Shown: positions 1 through 10,503 of the stretch, in pieces | How positions within the stretch are numbered: the first letter of the stretch is position 1 | Layout: the number at the start of each line of letters is the position of its first letter | Virus record (IMG/VR): IMGVR_UViG_3300022876_000002 | Direction: 5' to 3' (one strand) | Origin: a virus | Taxonomy: Duplodnaviria > Caudoviricetes | DNA length: 64,000 nucleotides | Translations under genes and position numbers: made by a program | Notes under the pieces: generated by a model | Database searches by the model: none | The model's input: the letters and a program-made list of their open reading frames with translations, nothing else | Told to the model about the DNA's origin: nothing

Positions 1-35
1 AGTCGTCGGTCCCTAGACGAATGTAAGGTAACCCT

Positions 36-1361
36 ATGACAGCTTTTGTCCCCTTCAGTTGGTTCGAGCCGCTATCGGAACACGGTATCGGTTGTATTGC
101 TGGGATGGAGGAACTCTTTAGTGATATTAACTACAAGAGTGACCAAGCCATCCTGGCGGTGTGTAACAAGTTTGGTGAGTACCTAGACATCACCCCACAA
201 TGGGCTATGTCACTGCGACGCTATGTTTATGGTTTCACCACCCGTACAGTGGGCATGGTCAACTATCTGGACTTCTTCGGTAGCCCTTACCTGGGACTCC
301 AGAAAATTACCTTTACCACTGGGGACCGTAACTTATGGTTCAGTGAGATCTTCGACGTCGACGAAGAAGAACTCAAAGAGAACCTGCACGAAGTCAAGTC
401 CATTCAGAAAGAGTGGAACGTAGTAGGGGATGTGTTCAACATGACCATCCCTTATCTGCTGTACCGCACGTACCACTCCAAGCTAGACCCCAAGACGAAA
501 CACCAAGCAATGGTGGATATCGTCTGCATGTATCACTACAAGTGCTTCACCAGCATCATCCACAACGACTACCCTTACCAAGCGCGTAAGGAAGTGGTCC
601 TGGAAACCTACAACCGCTTGTCGAAGAAATACGACATCAAGCAGTACGGTAGCTGGCGTGCACTGATTGAAGCCCGAGCGAACTTCATCCTGGATCCCAA
701 GACTGGTATCCACTTCGATGCGTTCACCAAAATGGACGACGATAAAAAGATCGTCTACATGGTCGGGGATATCCAGAACCGGTTCCGCCGGGTAATCAAC
801 GATATCAACAAGGTATTCCACGAAGTAAAGAACAAGACCAACATCGTCTCCATTGAAGGAGCAAAGGTAAACCTCCAGGACGAGATTACCATCAAGTCGG
901 TGTCCAAGGAAGTTACCCAGAACAACTTGTATATTGACCGGATCCTCACCGAGGAAACGTCGTTCTACAAGCCCGAGCTGGTTAACTATGCCTCCTCCGT
1001 TTTGGAGCACCCCAATACCGAGAAACTCGCTTACTTGGTACAGCAGTTACCTGGGGCCTACAAGAACCCCAAAGACAAACATGCTAAGGTGTTTGTCGAT
1101 GCCGTAATCGAACACATGTGGGAATACCTGCACTCGAACGGCATCAAGAAGACCAACGTGTCGGAAGTCCTTGTTAGACTGCGTGGTGCATATGGGGCAC
1201 CCAAGTCCAACAACAACACCGTTAAGGTGGTACGCCAGGAAGGGGAAGAAGTCGTCCGTAAACTGACGGGTATCAAAACCCCGATGGCGGTACAATCCTT
1301 GCGTGCTGGACTCAGTCTGTACATCGTTATCCGAATCCTTTCCAAAGACCTCTACGACTAA
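36..1361 (+). CDS. Hypothetical protein (441 aa), probably a conserved phiKZ-like gene next to the terminase block
   Basis: Long ORF with phage-typical C/T-ending codon usage; no motif recognised. Confidence 0.75.
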   Translation: MTAFVPFSWFEPLSEHGIGCIAGMEELFSDINYKSDQAILAVCNKFGEYLDITPQWAMSLRRYVYGFTTRTVGMVNYLDFFGSPYLGLQKITFTTGDRNLWFSEIFDVDEEELKENLHEVKSIQKEWNVVGDVFNMTIPYLLYRTYHSKLDPKTKHQAMVDIVCMYHYKCFTSIIHNDYPYQARKEVVLETYNRLSKKYDIKQYGSWRALIEARANFILDPKTGIHFDAFTKMDDDKKIVYMVGDIQNRFRRVINDINKVFHEVKNKTNIVSIEGAKVNLQDEITIKSVSKEVTQNNLYIDRILTEETSFYKPELVNYASSVLEHPNTEKLAYLVQQLPGAYKNPKDKHAKVFVDAVIEHMWEYLHSNGIKKTNVSEVLVRLRGAYGAPKSNNNTVKVVRQEGEEVVRKLTGIKTPMAVQSLRAGLSLYIVIRILSKDLYD

Positions 1362-1370
1362 GGTAAGACC

Positions 1371-1664
1371 ATGACCATCGCCAACGCTAAAATCGAACGC
1401 TACAACGAAACCCACATCCTGGGTGTAGCGGAGCTGACCCACTCGAAAGGCACCGAAGAAGTGCGCTTTGTAGCACCGAAGCCAGTGGAAGGTTTCGACC
1501 CGCACGGCAGCCCAGAGCTCGATGCCAGTGCGCGTTATTTCTCCAGCCCAATGATCGCGCATACCAACTTCGACGACCTGTCGAATAACGTAGTGCTCAC
1601 CCCAGCGTTCATCGGTCGCGACCTGGGCGCCATGCAAGCCCACCTGGTCAAGAACTTTAAGTAA
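1371..1664 (+). CDS. Hypothetical protein (97 aa)
   Basis: Starts 9 nt after the previous stop behind TAAGGT; strong codon bias; followed by a hairpin. Confidence 0.75.
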   Translation: MTIANAKIERYNETHILGVAELTHSKGTEEVRFVAPKPVEGFDPHGSPELDASARYFSSPMIAHTNFDDLSNNVVLTPAFIGRDLGAMQAHLVKNFK

Positions 1665-1671
1665 GCGGTCA

Positions 1672-1706
1672 TATACCCTCCTGGCCGTCAAGGCCAGGAG
1701 GGTATA
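1672..1706. terminator. 15-bp perfect hairpin between convergent genes (putative bidirectional terminator)
   Basis: tataccctcctggcc-gtcaa-ggccaggagggtata between stops at 1664 (+) and 1711 (-). Confidence 0.7.
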
Positions 1707-1710
1707 GCCC

Positions 1711-4700
1711 TTATGCTGCAAGTTTACGTTCAAGCATCCGTTTAGCGCGCTCGATCTTCGCCCCTTCAAGCAGGCTGTCGACAGTAAGCAGCTTCGCGGT
1801 TTCTGCTGGGAGCAACTTAGTTAACTTACGGATCTCTGCTTCCAGACGCAATGCCAAGATGTTGTCATTGGTTTTCAGCAGTTCTTCAGTAAGTCCGTTG
1901 ATTTTCAACCTGATGTTGTCAAAGAACGCGACGATACTCGGGTCCATCTTGGTCTCTTCTTTTTGCTTACCTACGTCCAGCAGGTTTTGCGTGTCAGTAA
2001 GAGCCAGTGCAGGCATGATCCCGTAGTACGGTTTGTTACCACCCAACTTGATGAACCAGTACGTTAGCAACCAAGCAATTACCAAGTCATCGTGTTGCTT
2101 AGAGTCGTGGTCAATGCGATCGCCCTTAGTCCGCAGGTTGATCAACTCATCAGCCAGTTTGTCGTAAGCAATACCATACCCCGTTACAGCAACCGCTTCC
2201 TGAATCAAACCATACAGCACCTTACGCGACGACGCCGAAGTGTTGAAGCCGAACAAGTGTTTGTATTTCAGGTAGAAGTTTTTGTCCCGGTACGAGAACT
2301 TGGTGTTCTGCACTGCTTCCAGTTCCTTGGAGTGCAATGCGGGTTCGTGGTAGACCTGGTTGAATATCCGCTGGAATGGATCCATCCCTTTGGACGGCAG
2401 CAGGATAAGCAAGCTGTCGATCATGTGGTGAGCATAGTTACGCTCGATCACCAGCACACTGTTCTGCAACACTTGCAGCATGTCCACGATAATCGCTGTA
2501 ACGTCGTCCAACATAGCCAGTGGGTAACGACCTACCCCAACGACCTTGCCGGTCTTCATCGAGCGGATAATCAACGTACAGGCGTCCTTGTTGATGGCCG
2601 ACGACGTATCCACCCCAATGATGAAGTGGTCGTTGTGTTCCTTCTTGGACATTTCCATCAACTGCTCTTGCGTAACAAAGAAGTCTACGAACAGACCACT
2701 GTCACGGTATTCCTTGCTCCAGAGTTTCTCCCGCTTAACGTTGTTGATGGCTTCACGAGTCAAGTCATCGAACAGCCGGTTCTCACCGTCCTCCACCCAC
2801 ATTAACAACAAGTCGATCTTGGCCTTAGCAAGGCTGAGGTTGAGCTCGTCGATTGTCCGTTTGACCCAGTCCTTGTTTTTACCCAACTGCATGTAGTTGT
2901 AAACCATGGACACCGACGGTGCGGTAGTCTTAGTTGGGCTAGCACGAATCAAGCGGTCTTTGAGGTGGGACTCGCTGTACGAATCAAAGAACTTCTCACG
3001 CCACTCGGTAGCAGACATTAACTTCTCGAACATGAATGCACCACTTGGATGCAGGGTTGTGTTCGGAGTAGTGATATATCCAATACCGTATGGCTGGCCG
3101 TTCTCCCGGCACAGTTCCATCTCAGTAAGTGCAGATGGCATCGCGCCGTTGATGATCGCCTCAATCCAGGAGATATACCCTGGCTCATCGAGGAACGTAG
3201 TGCCTACCGTTAAACCACGACCAACGTCCCCTGCGGCATCCTGGCCGATCTGTGGCACGTTAATCGTTAGTACGTTTACCTTGTCCTCACCAAACGCCCG
3301 GTAAGTTAAGTAGGTACCTGCGTCTTTGTCCTTGTACGTTGAGTTAACCAGATAGTTAGGAATACAACTCCGCATCCGTTTAACTGCGTCAATGAACTGC
3401 GCACGGTTATCCGACTTCAGCGTAATCACATGGGTCTTGTAGCCACGACCGTTGATATACGTTAACCAGAAGTTAATGACCTGGACCGACACCGTGTTGT
3501 GGGTGACAATAAAGTCATCGGTGATATACAGGTGCTGCTCGTTATCCACCTCAATACAAGTACACTCTTGATCACCACTAAATTCAATCTTGGTGATGAA
3601 AAGTTGGTTGGGTACGTTAGGTTCTTCAGCCTCGTTGAACTTGTAGTACTTGCAACCTTCTGGCAGTGTGATTACCACACCTTCATCAGTGGCAGTAGCA
3701 GTACCACCGAGCCCACGTGCCAGGTATTGGAGTTGATTTACGATTACCCGGTTAGAGGTCTTATACAGCAAACCCTTTGGGGTAGGGTGGGCTAGATCCA
3801 GAAACGCGTGTAACACGTCTCTGCGGTCCTCTATACAGCCTTCCAGGTAGTCCTGTGGCAGACCCTGAGCATGAGTGATGCTCAGGTCGTTATCATTGGA
3901 CATGCGCAGGTAGGCACTGTCACCTTGGATCACCAGTTTCAGGTGTTTAGGCAACTTGTTGCTCAGGTACCAAGTAGCTTTCTGACTGATCTTACCCAGA
4001 TGGATTAACTTACCATCGTTAGGTGCAGCAAACAGCAGACCCATCACATAAGGACGGATCATGCGTTTCTTTTTGGGCGGTCCTTCTTCAGGCTCGATCA
4101 GCGGTAGCTCAATCTTGATACCTTTATTGATACGTCGTTTAATCTGGGACGTGGTGTACTCATCCCAGATAGGGTCTACGTTGACCTTACGGTTATGGTC
4201 GCCAACCGACCACAGGTGTTCTGCCCCAGCTTCCGTGGTACGTCCATCCGAGCAGGTAACCAAGTAGGTACGTTTCTTACCTTGTGGGTGTACACCAATA
4301 ACCGTGGTCTCGTTACCATAGCGGTCAATGATCTCATCACCAACTCGCAGGTCGCCAATGTTAACCCAATGGTCTTGCGGACGACCGTAAGCATTTTCTT
4401 TACGCTTCTTACGGACTTTCTTGGTGTTCGGTTGGTACTTGCCCTGCTGACGGGGCATGATCATGTAGCTGGTAATGTGGTTCAGGTAGTTCCAGATAAA
4501 ACTGATGTTACCCCGGTTAGCCTGGAAATACCGATCCGCACGTACCTTACAGACTTCACGTAGGAAATACCAGAAGTTAGCCCGGCACTCCTCCATGATC
4601 CACTGACGTTGTTCGTTGGTGAGATCCTCAGCATAAGGGTCCACACCACGCAACATTGGGTTGTTCAATTGCAGACAGAAAAAATAGTTCTTGATACCTT

Positions 4701-4980
4701 GCCGTTTGAAAATCTCGGCAGTACGCAGGAAGCTATGGTTCTTAGTCTTGTTGTCAGGGATTGCGCCGTAACGAGGAAAGTCCTTGAGGAACCTCACCGT
4801 CTTAATACTGTGCAGACTGTCCTCGTTGAAATGAGCCATTAAGGTCTCATCATCAGTACGTGAGTGGCTGTCGATCCGTTTGGCCTGATCGTCGATCAGT
4901 TCCTTAGGTAATGTGTGAGCACCCAGGTATTCCTGCAGCTTCTTAGCTGACTCGAGGAGCTTGGAATAATCAGAAGACAC
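1711..4980 (-). CDS. terL: Terminase large subunit (phiKZ gp25-like), interrupted by an intein
   Basis: Walker A MPRQQGK//TVS (split by the intein), Walker B TTFLDEPG, RNase H-like nuclease motifs IIGVDTSS, VLVIERN, HDDLVIAWL; lies beside the tail gene block. Confidence 0.9.
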   Translation of the reverse strand: MSSDYSKLLESAKKLQEYLGAHTLPKELIDDQAKRIDSHSRTDDETLMAHFNEDSLHSIKTVRFLKDFPRYGAIPDNKTKNHSFLRTAEIFKRQGIKNYFFCLQLNNPMLRGVDPYAEDLTNEQRQWIMEECRANFWYFLREVCKVRADRYFQANRGNISFIWNYLNHITSYMIMPRQQGKYQPNTKKVRKKRKENAYGRPQDHWVNIGDLRVGDEIIDRYGNETTVIGVHPQGKKRTYLVTCSDGRTTEAGAEHLWSVGDHNRKVNVDPIWDEYTTSQIKRRINKGIKIELPLIEPEEGPPKKKRMIRPYVMGLLFAAPNDGKLIHLGKISQKATWYLSNKLPKHLKLVIQGDSAYLRMSNDNDLSITHAQGLPQDYLEGCIEDRRDVLHAFLDLAHPTPKGLLYKTSNRVIVNQLQYLARGLGGTATATDEGVVITLPEGCKYYKFNEAEEPNVPNQLFITKIEFSGDQECTCIEVDNEQHLYITDDFIVTHNTVSVQVINFWLTYINGRGYKTHVITLKSDNRAQFIDAVKRMRSCIPNYLVNSTYKDKDAGTYLTYRAFGEDKVNVLTINVPQIGQDAAGDVGRGLTVGTTFLDEPGYISWIEAIINGAMPSALTEMELCRENGQPYGIGYITTPNTTLHPSGAFMFEKLMSATEWREKFFDSYSESHLKDRLIRASPTKTTAPSVSMVYNYMQLGKNKDWVKRTIDELNLSLAKAKIDLLLMWVEDGENRLFDDLTREAINNVKREKLWSKEYRDSGLFVDFFVTQEQLMEMSKKEHNDHFIIGVDTSSAINKDACTLIIRSMKTGKVVGVGRYPLAMLDDVTAIIVDMLQVLQNSVLVIERNYAHHMIDSLLILLPSKGMDPFQRIFNQVYHEPALHSKELEAVQNTKFSYRDKNFYLKYKHLFGFNTSASSRKVLYGLIQEAVAVTGYGIAYDKLADELINLRTKGDRIDHDSKQHDDLVIAWLLTYWFIKLGGNKPYYGIMPALALTDTQNLLDVGKQKEETKMDPSIVAFFDNIRLKINGLTEELLKTNDNILALRLEAEIRKLTKLLPAETAKLLTVDSLLEGAKIERAKRMLERKLAA
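3496..4437 (-). mobile_element. Class-3-like intein (314 aa, residues 182-495) in the terminase Walker A, with a degenerate LAGLIDADG region
   Basis: Inserted between GK and T of the P-loop; Hint motifs IGDLRVGDEI, HPQG, EAGAEHLWSV, ECTCIEVD, IVTHN followed by Thr(+1); W-C-T triad present; first residue Tyr. Confidence 0.9.
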
Positions 4981-5008
4981 TATAAATCCCCCAAGCGGTT
5001 TAAAGGAG

Positions 5009-5038
5009 CTAACCTACCGGCTTACGCCGGTAGGTTAG
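5009..5038 (-). terminator. 13-bp hairpin after the gp26-like gene
   Basis: ctaacctaccggc-ttac-gccggtaggttag. Confidence 0.55.
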
Positions 5039-5052
5039 TAATCACGTAGTAT

Positions 5053-6780
5053 TTACGCAGTGACGCTGACACCAGTGTTCGCCAATTGGATTTCGTTACC
5101 AGCCGAATCCCGTTTGACCCACACCACGAACCAGGTCTTGCCGGTCTGCACAGAGATCGGCAGCGCCAAGTCCTTGTTCCAGTCAGACAGTGGGTACATC
5201 CACTTACGCCCGTCTTCGTGCATCAAGTAGAAGTGGGTAGGTGTAGGTGCCTTGTCTTCGTTGAACGAGTCGAAGCTTGGGTAGATACCCCAGTACAGCA
5301 GGTTCAGCCAAGCGGTCTGCGAGGTCATGGCGTTGGTCAAGCTAACTTTGGTGTTGGCACCATCGTTGACTTTGATTTTCAGTTCAGCACCCTGGTAGGT
5401 CGGTTTGTCGAAGACGAAGCTAACCTCGAACTTACGACCAGCCGTATTAAGATCACGCAACAAGGTGATCTCGGTATACTGAATGAACGTTACGGATTCG
5501 TAATCAATCGACACATCACGCAGGTTGATGTTGAAAATCATCGACTGTGCTACGCCGTAAGTAGACGGACGCCATGCCGGAGACTGACTGTTGATCTTGA
5601 CTTTCGCCGACACGTCAACAAAGGTCTTACGGTCCAGGTCATACAGGAAGTGCTGCAGACGGTAACCGTTGATCGTCGAATCCCACTGCGGGTAGGTGAA
5701 CAGACGTGGGCTGTACGCACCTTCCTTGGCTGCTGCTTCGAACGTGTAGATAGCCCGCTCGAATTCAGGGTTACCGGGACGGGCAACGTAGAACTGCTCG
5801 TTAGCCGCTAGCTTGTACACCAGTACCACTTGCGAGGTCTGACCTGGGTAGGTAGGACGGTGTTCCTGCAAGCCCTCGATAGAGAACTTGGTACCGTTAA
5901 CTGCCAACGGCCCAGAGCTGCTACCGTCGCTGTACAGCACTTCCGCACGCAACTCCAAGGACAGCAAGTTGACGTTGATAGGCACCATAACCTTATCAGG
6001 GTTGTTGGCGTTGCTGAACCATGGCGTAAGCAGACGAATCGAGTCGATGTACTTGATACCAACCCGGTGGTCTTTCATGTACGCGGAGTGCTGCACGCGC
6101 ACCAACTGCCCAGGTGGAATGAAGTTACCGTCGACGTCGTAGAACGCCAGGAAGCATTGCTTGCCGTTAGGCAGAGCTTCTTCGTTCTCCGTTACGCTGA
6201 ATGGACCAGTGGTTTTGATCTCCAGGTTAGTACGATCCACGATCTCTGCCAGTGGGGTAGGGATCTTGTTGGTCTGCATTACCAGACCTTGGTCGTACAC
6301 AGCCGAGATAATCTTGCCCTCGTTAGGAGCATTGCCCAAGTACAGCAAAGCGTAGTTCGCACCAGGACGCATGATGGTCGCATCTACACGCGCTACGTTA
6401 GGCCGTACACTGAAGTCTACAGCCAACAGGGCTTCACCAATCATTGGCCCACCACGGATACCAAAGATCCAGTCTTGTTCGACCGTAGCTTCCTCATCCG
6501 AGTTGATGGCGAACCAGGCTTCGAGTTCAGCTTTCAACGTACCTTCGTAGTCGACACGTTTTACCCGATACCAGGCTTTGTTGGGAACGTCCACTACCAA
6601 CTGGTTTTCCCGAGGTACTACATAACGCTCGAGTTCAGACAGTGGGTGGATGTCTGGATCGAACATGTCCTCGATATACAACACGAACATCAACGCGTTG
6701 CTGTTACGCGGATCGGCACTGGTGCCTGCAATCGCACCACTGACTACCGCATTGGGGGTGCTATCAAATAACCCTGCCAT
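5053..6780 (-). CDS. Virion structural protein (phiKZ gp26-like, probable tail/baseplate component)
   Basis: 575 aa, beta-rich; syntenic between terminase and sheath as in phiKZ-like phages. Confidence 0.6.
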   Translation of the reverse strand: MAGLFDSTPNAVVSGAIAGTSADPRNSNALMFVLYIEDMFDPDIHPLSELERYVVPRENQLVVDVPNKAWYRVKRVDYEGTLKAELEAWFAINSDEEATVEQDWIFGIRGGPMIGEALLAVDFSVRPNVARVDATIMRPGANYALLYLGNAPNEGKIISAVYDQGLVMQTNKIPTPLAEIVDRTNLEIKTTGPFSVTENEEALPNGKQCFLAFYDVDGNFIPPGQLVRVQHSAYMKDHRVGIKYIDSIRLLTPWFSNANNPDKVMVPINVNLLSLELRAEVLYSDGSSSGPLAVNGTKFSIEGLQEHRPTYPGQTSQVVLVYKLAANEQFYVARPGNPEFERAIYTFEAAAKEGAYSPRLFTYPQWDSTINGYRLQHFLYDLDRKTFVDVSAKVKINSQSPAWRPSTYGVAQSMIFNINLRDVSIDYESVTFIQYTEITLLRDLNTAGRKFEVSFVFDKPTYQGAELKIKVNDGANTKVSLTNAMTSQTAWLNLLYWGIYPSFDSFNEDKAPTPTHFYLMHEDGRKWMYPLSDWNKDLALPISVQTGKTWFVVWVKRDSAGNEIQLANTGVSVTA

Positions 6781-6794
6781 TTTTCACCTATGTC

Positions 6795-9470
6795 CTAGGG
6801 GCGCACACTGGAGTTAACCGTGTAGCTCCCTTCAATTTTGCACACGGAGTTTAAGAACAGTTCGTTTACCTTACGAATGAACACGAACTCTGTTGGGTTA
6901 ACCAGAGGAACAGTTGTATTCGCATACGGTTGGATCTCAAAATACCGACGATCGTAATCCAAGATAATTGGGTCGTAAGTCAACCACCACAAGTATGGTT
7001 GTACCAGATCCCGCACTTCCTGGTCACTGAACGTAGTCATCCCGTTAGTGAACTTAGGCACTGTCAGCAACCGGTTAAGGATAGCGTTGGTAACCACGTT
7101 CATGAACGGACTGTACAAGCGGTATTTGTCCTGGAGGTTAGGTACTACTGGAGCACCTACAGTACCCCCCGCCGGAGTGTCACCTTTCTCGTAGTGGATT
7201 TCTTCCGCCGCCGTCTTAGGCTTAGGCAACCACTTGGTCAGGTAATCACTTACCCGCTGGTCTACTTCACGACTAAGCTTACGCCGGGGATAAGACTTGT
7301 AGTCCTCCACCTTGCCGATTGGGCAATAGATGTGCTTGACACAGTAGGGGCGACCGTTAAGGATGGACCACTGGTCGTCAGGTACCAACCGCTCAGCGCG
7401 AGGGACCAAATCACTAAGGTATAACGCGCCATTAATAACCGTACGAGTAACTCGATCCCCACGCAGGTTGTAACGACTAAAGCGGCCAATAACCCCGCCG
7501 TCCACGAACCCAAGCTCGGTGTCAGCGTTAGGTCTAACCAGATTATCGTGGAAACCATGCGCTCGTACAGTGATCGTTTGCGGGCCATCAACAATGAACT
7601 CCTTGTTGTTGATGTAGCAGTACTGGTTGTTTCCCCACACCCAATCGACGTTCTCGATCAAAGGATGACCGTTTAACCAAAGATCCACTTCGGCAAAACT
7701 GTACGGGAAAATCTGACCACCACCAGTGTAGATCTCAGTAAGGGCGAATGCCAAGCTGTGATCGATGTGTTCCAGTTGGAACGTGTAAGCCAGGCACTTC
7801 TTGTTAGTGACCAGCACACCACGTTGGTTAACCCGGTCTAAGCCTACCCAGGAAACCATACCATTCTGGATTTTGTAAATCTTGGTATCGTCGGTAACAT
7901 CTTTCCAATCACCAGAAGGCTTACCGGTGATAATGTTCCAATTAACCACGTAGACCCGGAGATCATAGTTAGCATCAACCGCAGTGTCTACGTTAACGAT
8001 TTGTACGTCTACCGTACGCCCGGCTTCACCAAGGGTGAACTCTACCATTTTGCAGGCAGCGTTTTTAGGGCTGTAGAACTGGAGGTTCTGCTGATTGTAG
8101 AAAGCAATCAGTTTACCGTTTACGTCGTGTTCCCACGCAGTGAACCGTGCACGATAAGTGAAGGGTACTTCTACCCCGCGTTCACCTGGAGCATACGTAG
8201 CAGCCAACGGGGTCTCGCTAAGCACCCTGGTAGCGGCGTTGTAACCAATACCAGCAATGGCACTAGCTTTGCTGATGTTCCGCCACTGGCTACGGGTAAA
8301 GGACATGGTAGCCCCTTTCTCCAAACCATTGGCAGTCCACTCAGGCACGGTAGCCCGTGCACCAGTCATGGCACGCAAGATGTTCGCGTCACTGAACCGG
8401 TAAAGGTAACGGATGCGATGATGTTCGTGAGGCCATTGATAGATCCAGTCGGACTTCCGTACCAGTACGGTGATCTGGATGTTGCCTACTGTTGACAGAT
8501 CCGGATGGTACCCAGCAGCATTGTCAATGAATTCACCTGCAATAGCCACGTCACAGTGAGTCAACTGACGTACCGCACTGACGTCGTTACGGGGCAGCAA
8601 CAGACCTCGGTTGTTCTTACCAGTCAAGTAGTAGTCGTTATCGTCGAAATAACGAATAGTGAAATCACCCTTCACCTTTGGTGGGTGGATGATCACCTTG
8701 CGCTTCTGGTCCAGGTCGGAATAGAAGTTCTGCAAGCTACTGTACGAGTAGGTCTCTACCCGCAATACGGTTGGGTCGTGCCAGAACTCGACAATGTCCC
8801 CGATCTGCAATCCAGGGATAGCCGACAGGTTACCCTTGTAGAAAGCCCCGTTGTGGAACGCTCCAGTATAACCAGGTTTGGCTTTCCACTTGTTGTACAT
8901 GCTGACGAACGTGGCCAGTTCTTGCTGGTTGGCGTACGTCATCGACTCGTAAACAAATGGGTTGTGCGTGTCGTCCGAGTTCTCCCATTTTTCCACAGGG
9001 GAGCTAGGAGTGTAGCAACGGAACCACATGTCTGCTGCGTAAGGCATTGGGTATTGTTTGAATTTCTCAAACGCAAACAACACCAGCCCGTCGTAGGTGT
9101 GCATGATCCAAGCGTGGCTACGGCTGTACTGGAAACCCTTGGCGTTGTACAGGTCGATCTGTACCCCACGCTTACGACACAGCCGCCCGATGTTGATCCA
9201 GCGATCCAACGGGTTACGATTCAGCAGATTGTTGCGGAAGTTCCAATAACCAGGTACCAAACCAGCAGCACTGAAAATGTGGAACGTACGGTTTTGACGA
9301 GGCAGTGTACGCCACCGACCCATCAAGTTAAAGTTGTGGACCACACCGTCATTAGGAGTAGCCCGCACCAATTTGCATTGGTACTGGTTGTTCTCTTCCG
9401 GGTTACCCCAGATTTGTTGCTGGGCATGCAACACTAATGGAGTGTCGTCTGCGGGAGATCTATCGGCCAT
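6795..9470 (-). CDS. Virion structural protein (phiKZ gp27-like, probable baseplate component)
   Basis: 891 aa; size and position match the gp25-gp30 block. Confidence 0.6.
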   Translation of the reverse strand: MADRSPADDTPLVLHAQQQIWGNPEENNQYQCKLVRATPNDGVVHNFNLMGRWRTLPRQNRTFHIFSAAGLVPGYWNFRNNLLNRNPLDRWINIGRLCRKRGVQIDLYNAKGFQYSRSHAWIMHTYDGLVLFAFEKFKQYPMPYAADMWFRCYTPSSPVEKWENSDDTHNPFVYESMTYANQQELATFVSMYNKWKAKPGYTGAFHNGAFYKGNLSAIPGLQIGDIVEFWHDPTVLRVETYSYSSLQNFYSDLDQKRKVIIHPPKVKGDFTIRYFDDNDYYLTGKNNRGLLLPRNDVSAVRQLTHCDVAIAGEFIDNAAGYHPDLSTVGNIQITVLVRKSDWIYQWPHEHHRIRYLYRFSDANILRAMTGARATVPEWTANGLEKGATMSFTRSQWRNISKASAIAGIGYNAATRVLSETPLAATYAPGERGVEVPFTYRARFTAWEHDVNGKLIAFYNQQNLQFYSPKNAACKMVEFTLGEAGRTVDVQIVNVDTAVDANYDLRVYVVNWNIITGKPSGDWKDVTDDTKIYKIQNGMVSWVGLDRVNQRGVLVTNKKCLAYTFQLEHIDHSLAFALTEIYTGGGQIFPYSFAEVDLWLNGHPLIENVDWVWGNNQYCYINNKEFIVDGPQTITVRAHGFHDNLVRPNADTELGFVDGGVIGRFSRYNLRGDRVTRTVINGALYLSDLVPRAERLVPDDQWSILNGRPYCVKHIYCPIGKVEDYKSYPRRKLSREVDQRVSDYLTKWLPKPKTAAEEIHYEKGDTPAGGTVGAPVVPNLQDKYRLYSPFMNVVTNAILNRLLTVPKFTNGMTTFSDQEVRDLVQPYLWWLTYDPIILDYDRRYFEIQPYANTTVPLVNPTEFVFIRKVNELFLNSVCKIEGSYTVNSSVRP

Positions 9471-9473
9471 ATA

Positions 9474-10388
9474 TCACCCATGTAAGTCGTAAGCGTAATC
9501 CAGATTGAGTTTAAACGTAGCGAGCGTGTCTTTGTTGTACTTTGGATCCAGGTCCAGGCCCAACGGGGTTTTGTCGTATGCTTTAAAAGCAACGGCCCCA
9601 TAAACGAATGCAGTGAACAGGCAAGGTGCTTCAGTAGCAGCTCCTACTACGTGTTTACCCAACGCTGCAAACGTGTAAGTGGATACCAAGTGCAGGAAGT
9701 CACGGAACGTTACAGTTTTCAGTTTGTACAGTACCGGGTTTTCAATGATCGCCTCATGGAGTTCTACCAGGGTAGGTAAACGACCGACGTTCTCGATAAC
9801 ACCCAGTACAAAACCTTTGTCAGCCCCGAAGATAGACCGGGTAACGTTGATAGTCACCAATTCCAGATCGGAGTTAACAGGTTCTTCCAGACCGATGAAG
9901 TAATGCGCCAGCAGGATTTTCAGAGTCATGGCCTCGTTACTACCCATTGGGTTACGGCCAATCGAACTGGTTACCCCCAAGTTGCCCCGGTTGATAATCA
10001 GGTTACCCAATGCCCCAGCAAAAGCTTTAGTGGCCACGTTACGGGCTTGCTTCAGCGGAGTAAGGTTGTTCATTACTACGTCTTGCTGTAAGAAGGCAGC
10101 CAAACGCATGATCGTCAACTCATTTGGGTTGGTGACCACATTAGACTTTTCATGACGGTACGGACGCTCGTCATAAATGGTAATCATCTTGCGGTTGTAG
10201 GCTTGCAAGGTGATAGGGAAAGCGAAAATCTCGATTGGTAACTTTTTCTCGTGGGTGATTACAAACACCCCTTCCTTCTTGGTGGTCGTGAGACTTTGAT
10301 TGATATGCAAAGCCTGTATGGTGGCCTCCACCTTGTTCAGAACACGGAATGGTTTTCCGATAGTTGTGTTGTACGCGTCGATTTGCAT
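9474..10388 (-). CDS. Virion structural protein (phiKZ gp28-like)
   Basis: 304 aa; divergent from the sheath gene as in the conserved block. Confidence 0.55.
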   Translation of the reverse strand: MQIDAYNTTIGKPFRVLNKVEATIQALHINQSLTTTKKEGVFVITHEKKLPIEIFAFPITLQAYNRKMITIYDERPYRHEKSNVVTNPNELTIMRLAAFLQQDVVMNNLTPLKQARNVATKAFAGALGNLIINRGNLGVTSSIGRNPMGSNEAMTLKILLAHYFIGLEEPVNSDLELVTINVTRSIFGADKGFVLGVIENVGRLPTLVELHEAIIENPVLYKLKTVTFRDFLHLVSTYTFAALGKHVVGAATEAPCLFTAFVYGAVAFKAYDKTPLGLDLDPKYNKDTLATFKLNLDYAYDLHG

Positions 10389-10503
10389 CGGTAAACCTCA
10401 TCAAAATAATATGTTATGTGCAGTGTGGAAAGACACCACATAGTCCCATAAAGGCTTGCATACGATTGTTTTAGGACCCCCTTCTGAACGTTAAGAGGTT
10501 CAT

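Noticed and set aside
10395-10500. TATG late-promoter motifs at divergent junctions (also near 31090-31115, 48300-48380, 51330-51360)
   Set aside because: A 4-nt motif that also overlaps start codons cannot be told from chance without TSS data.
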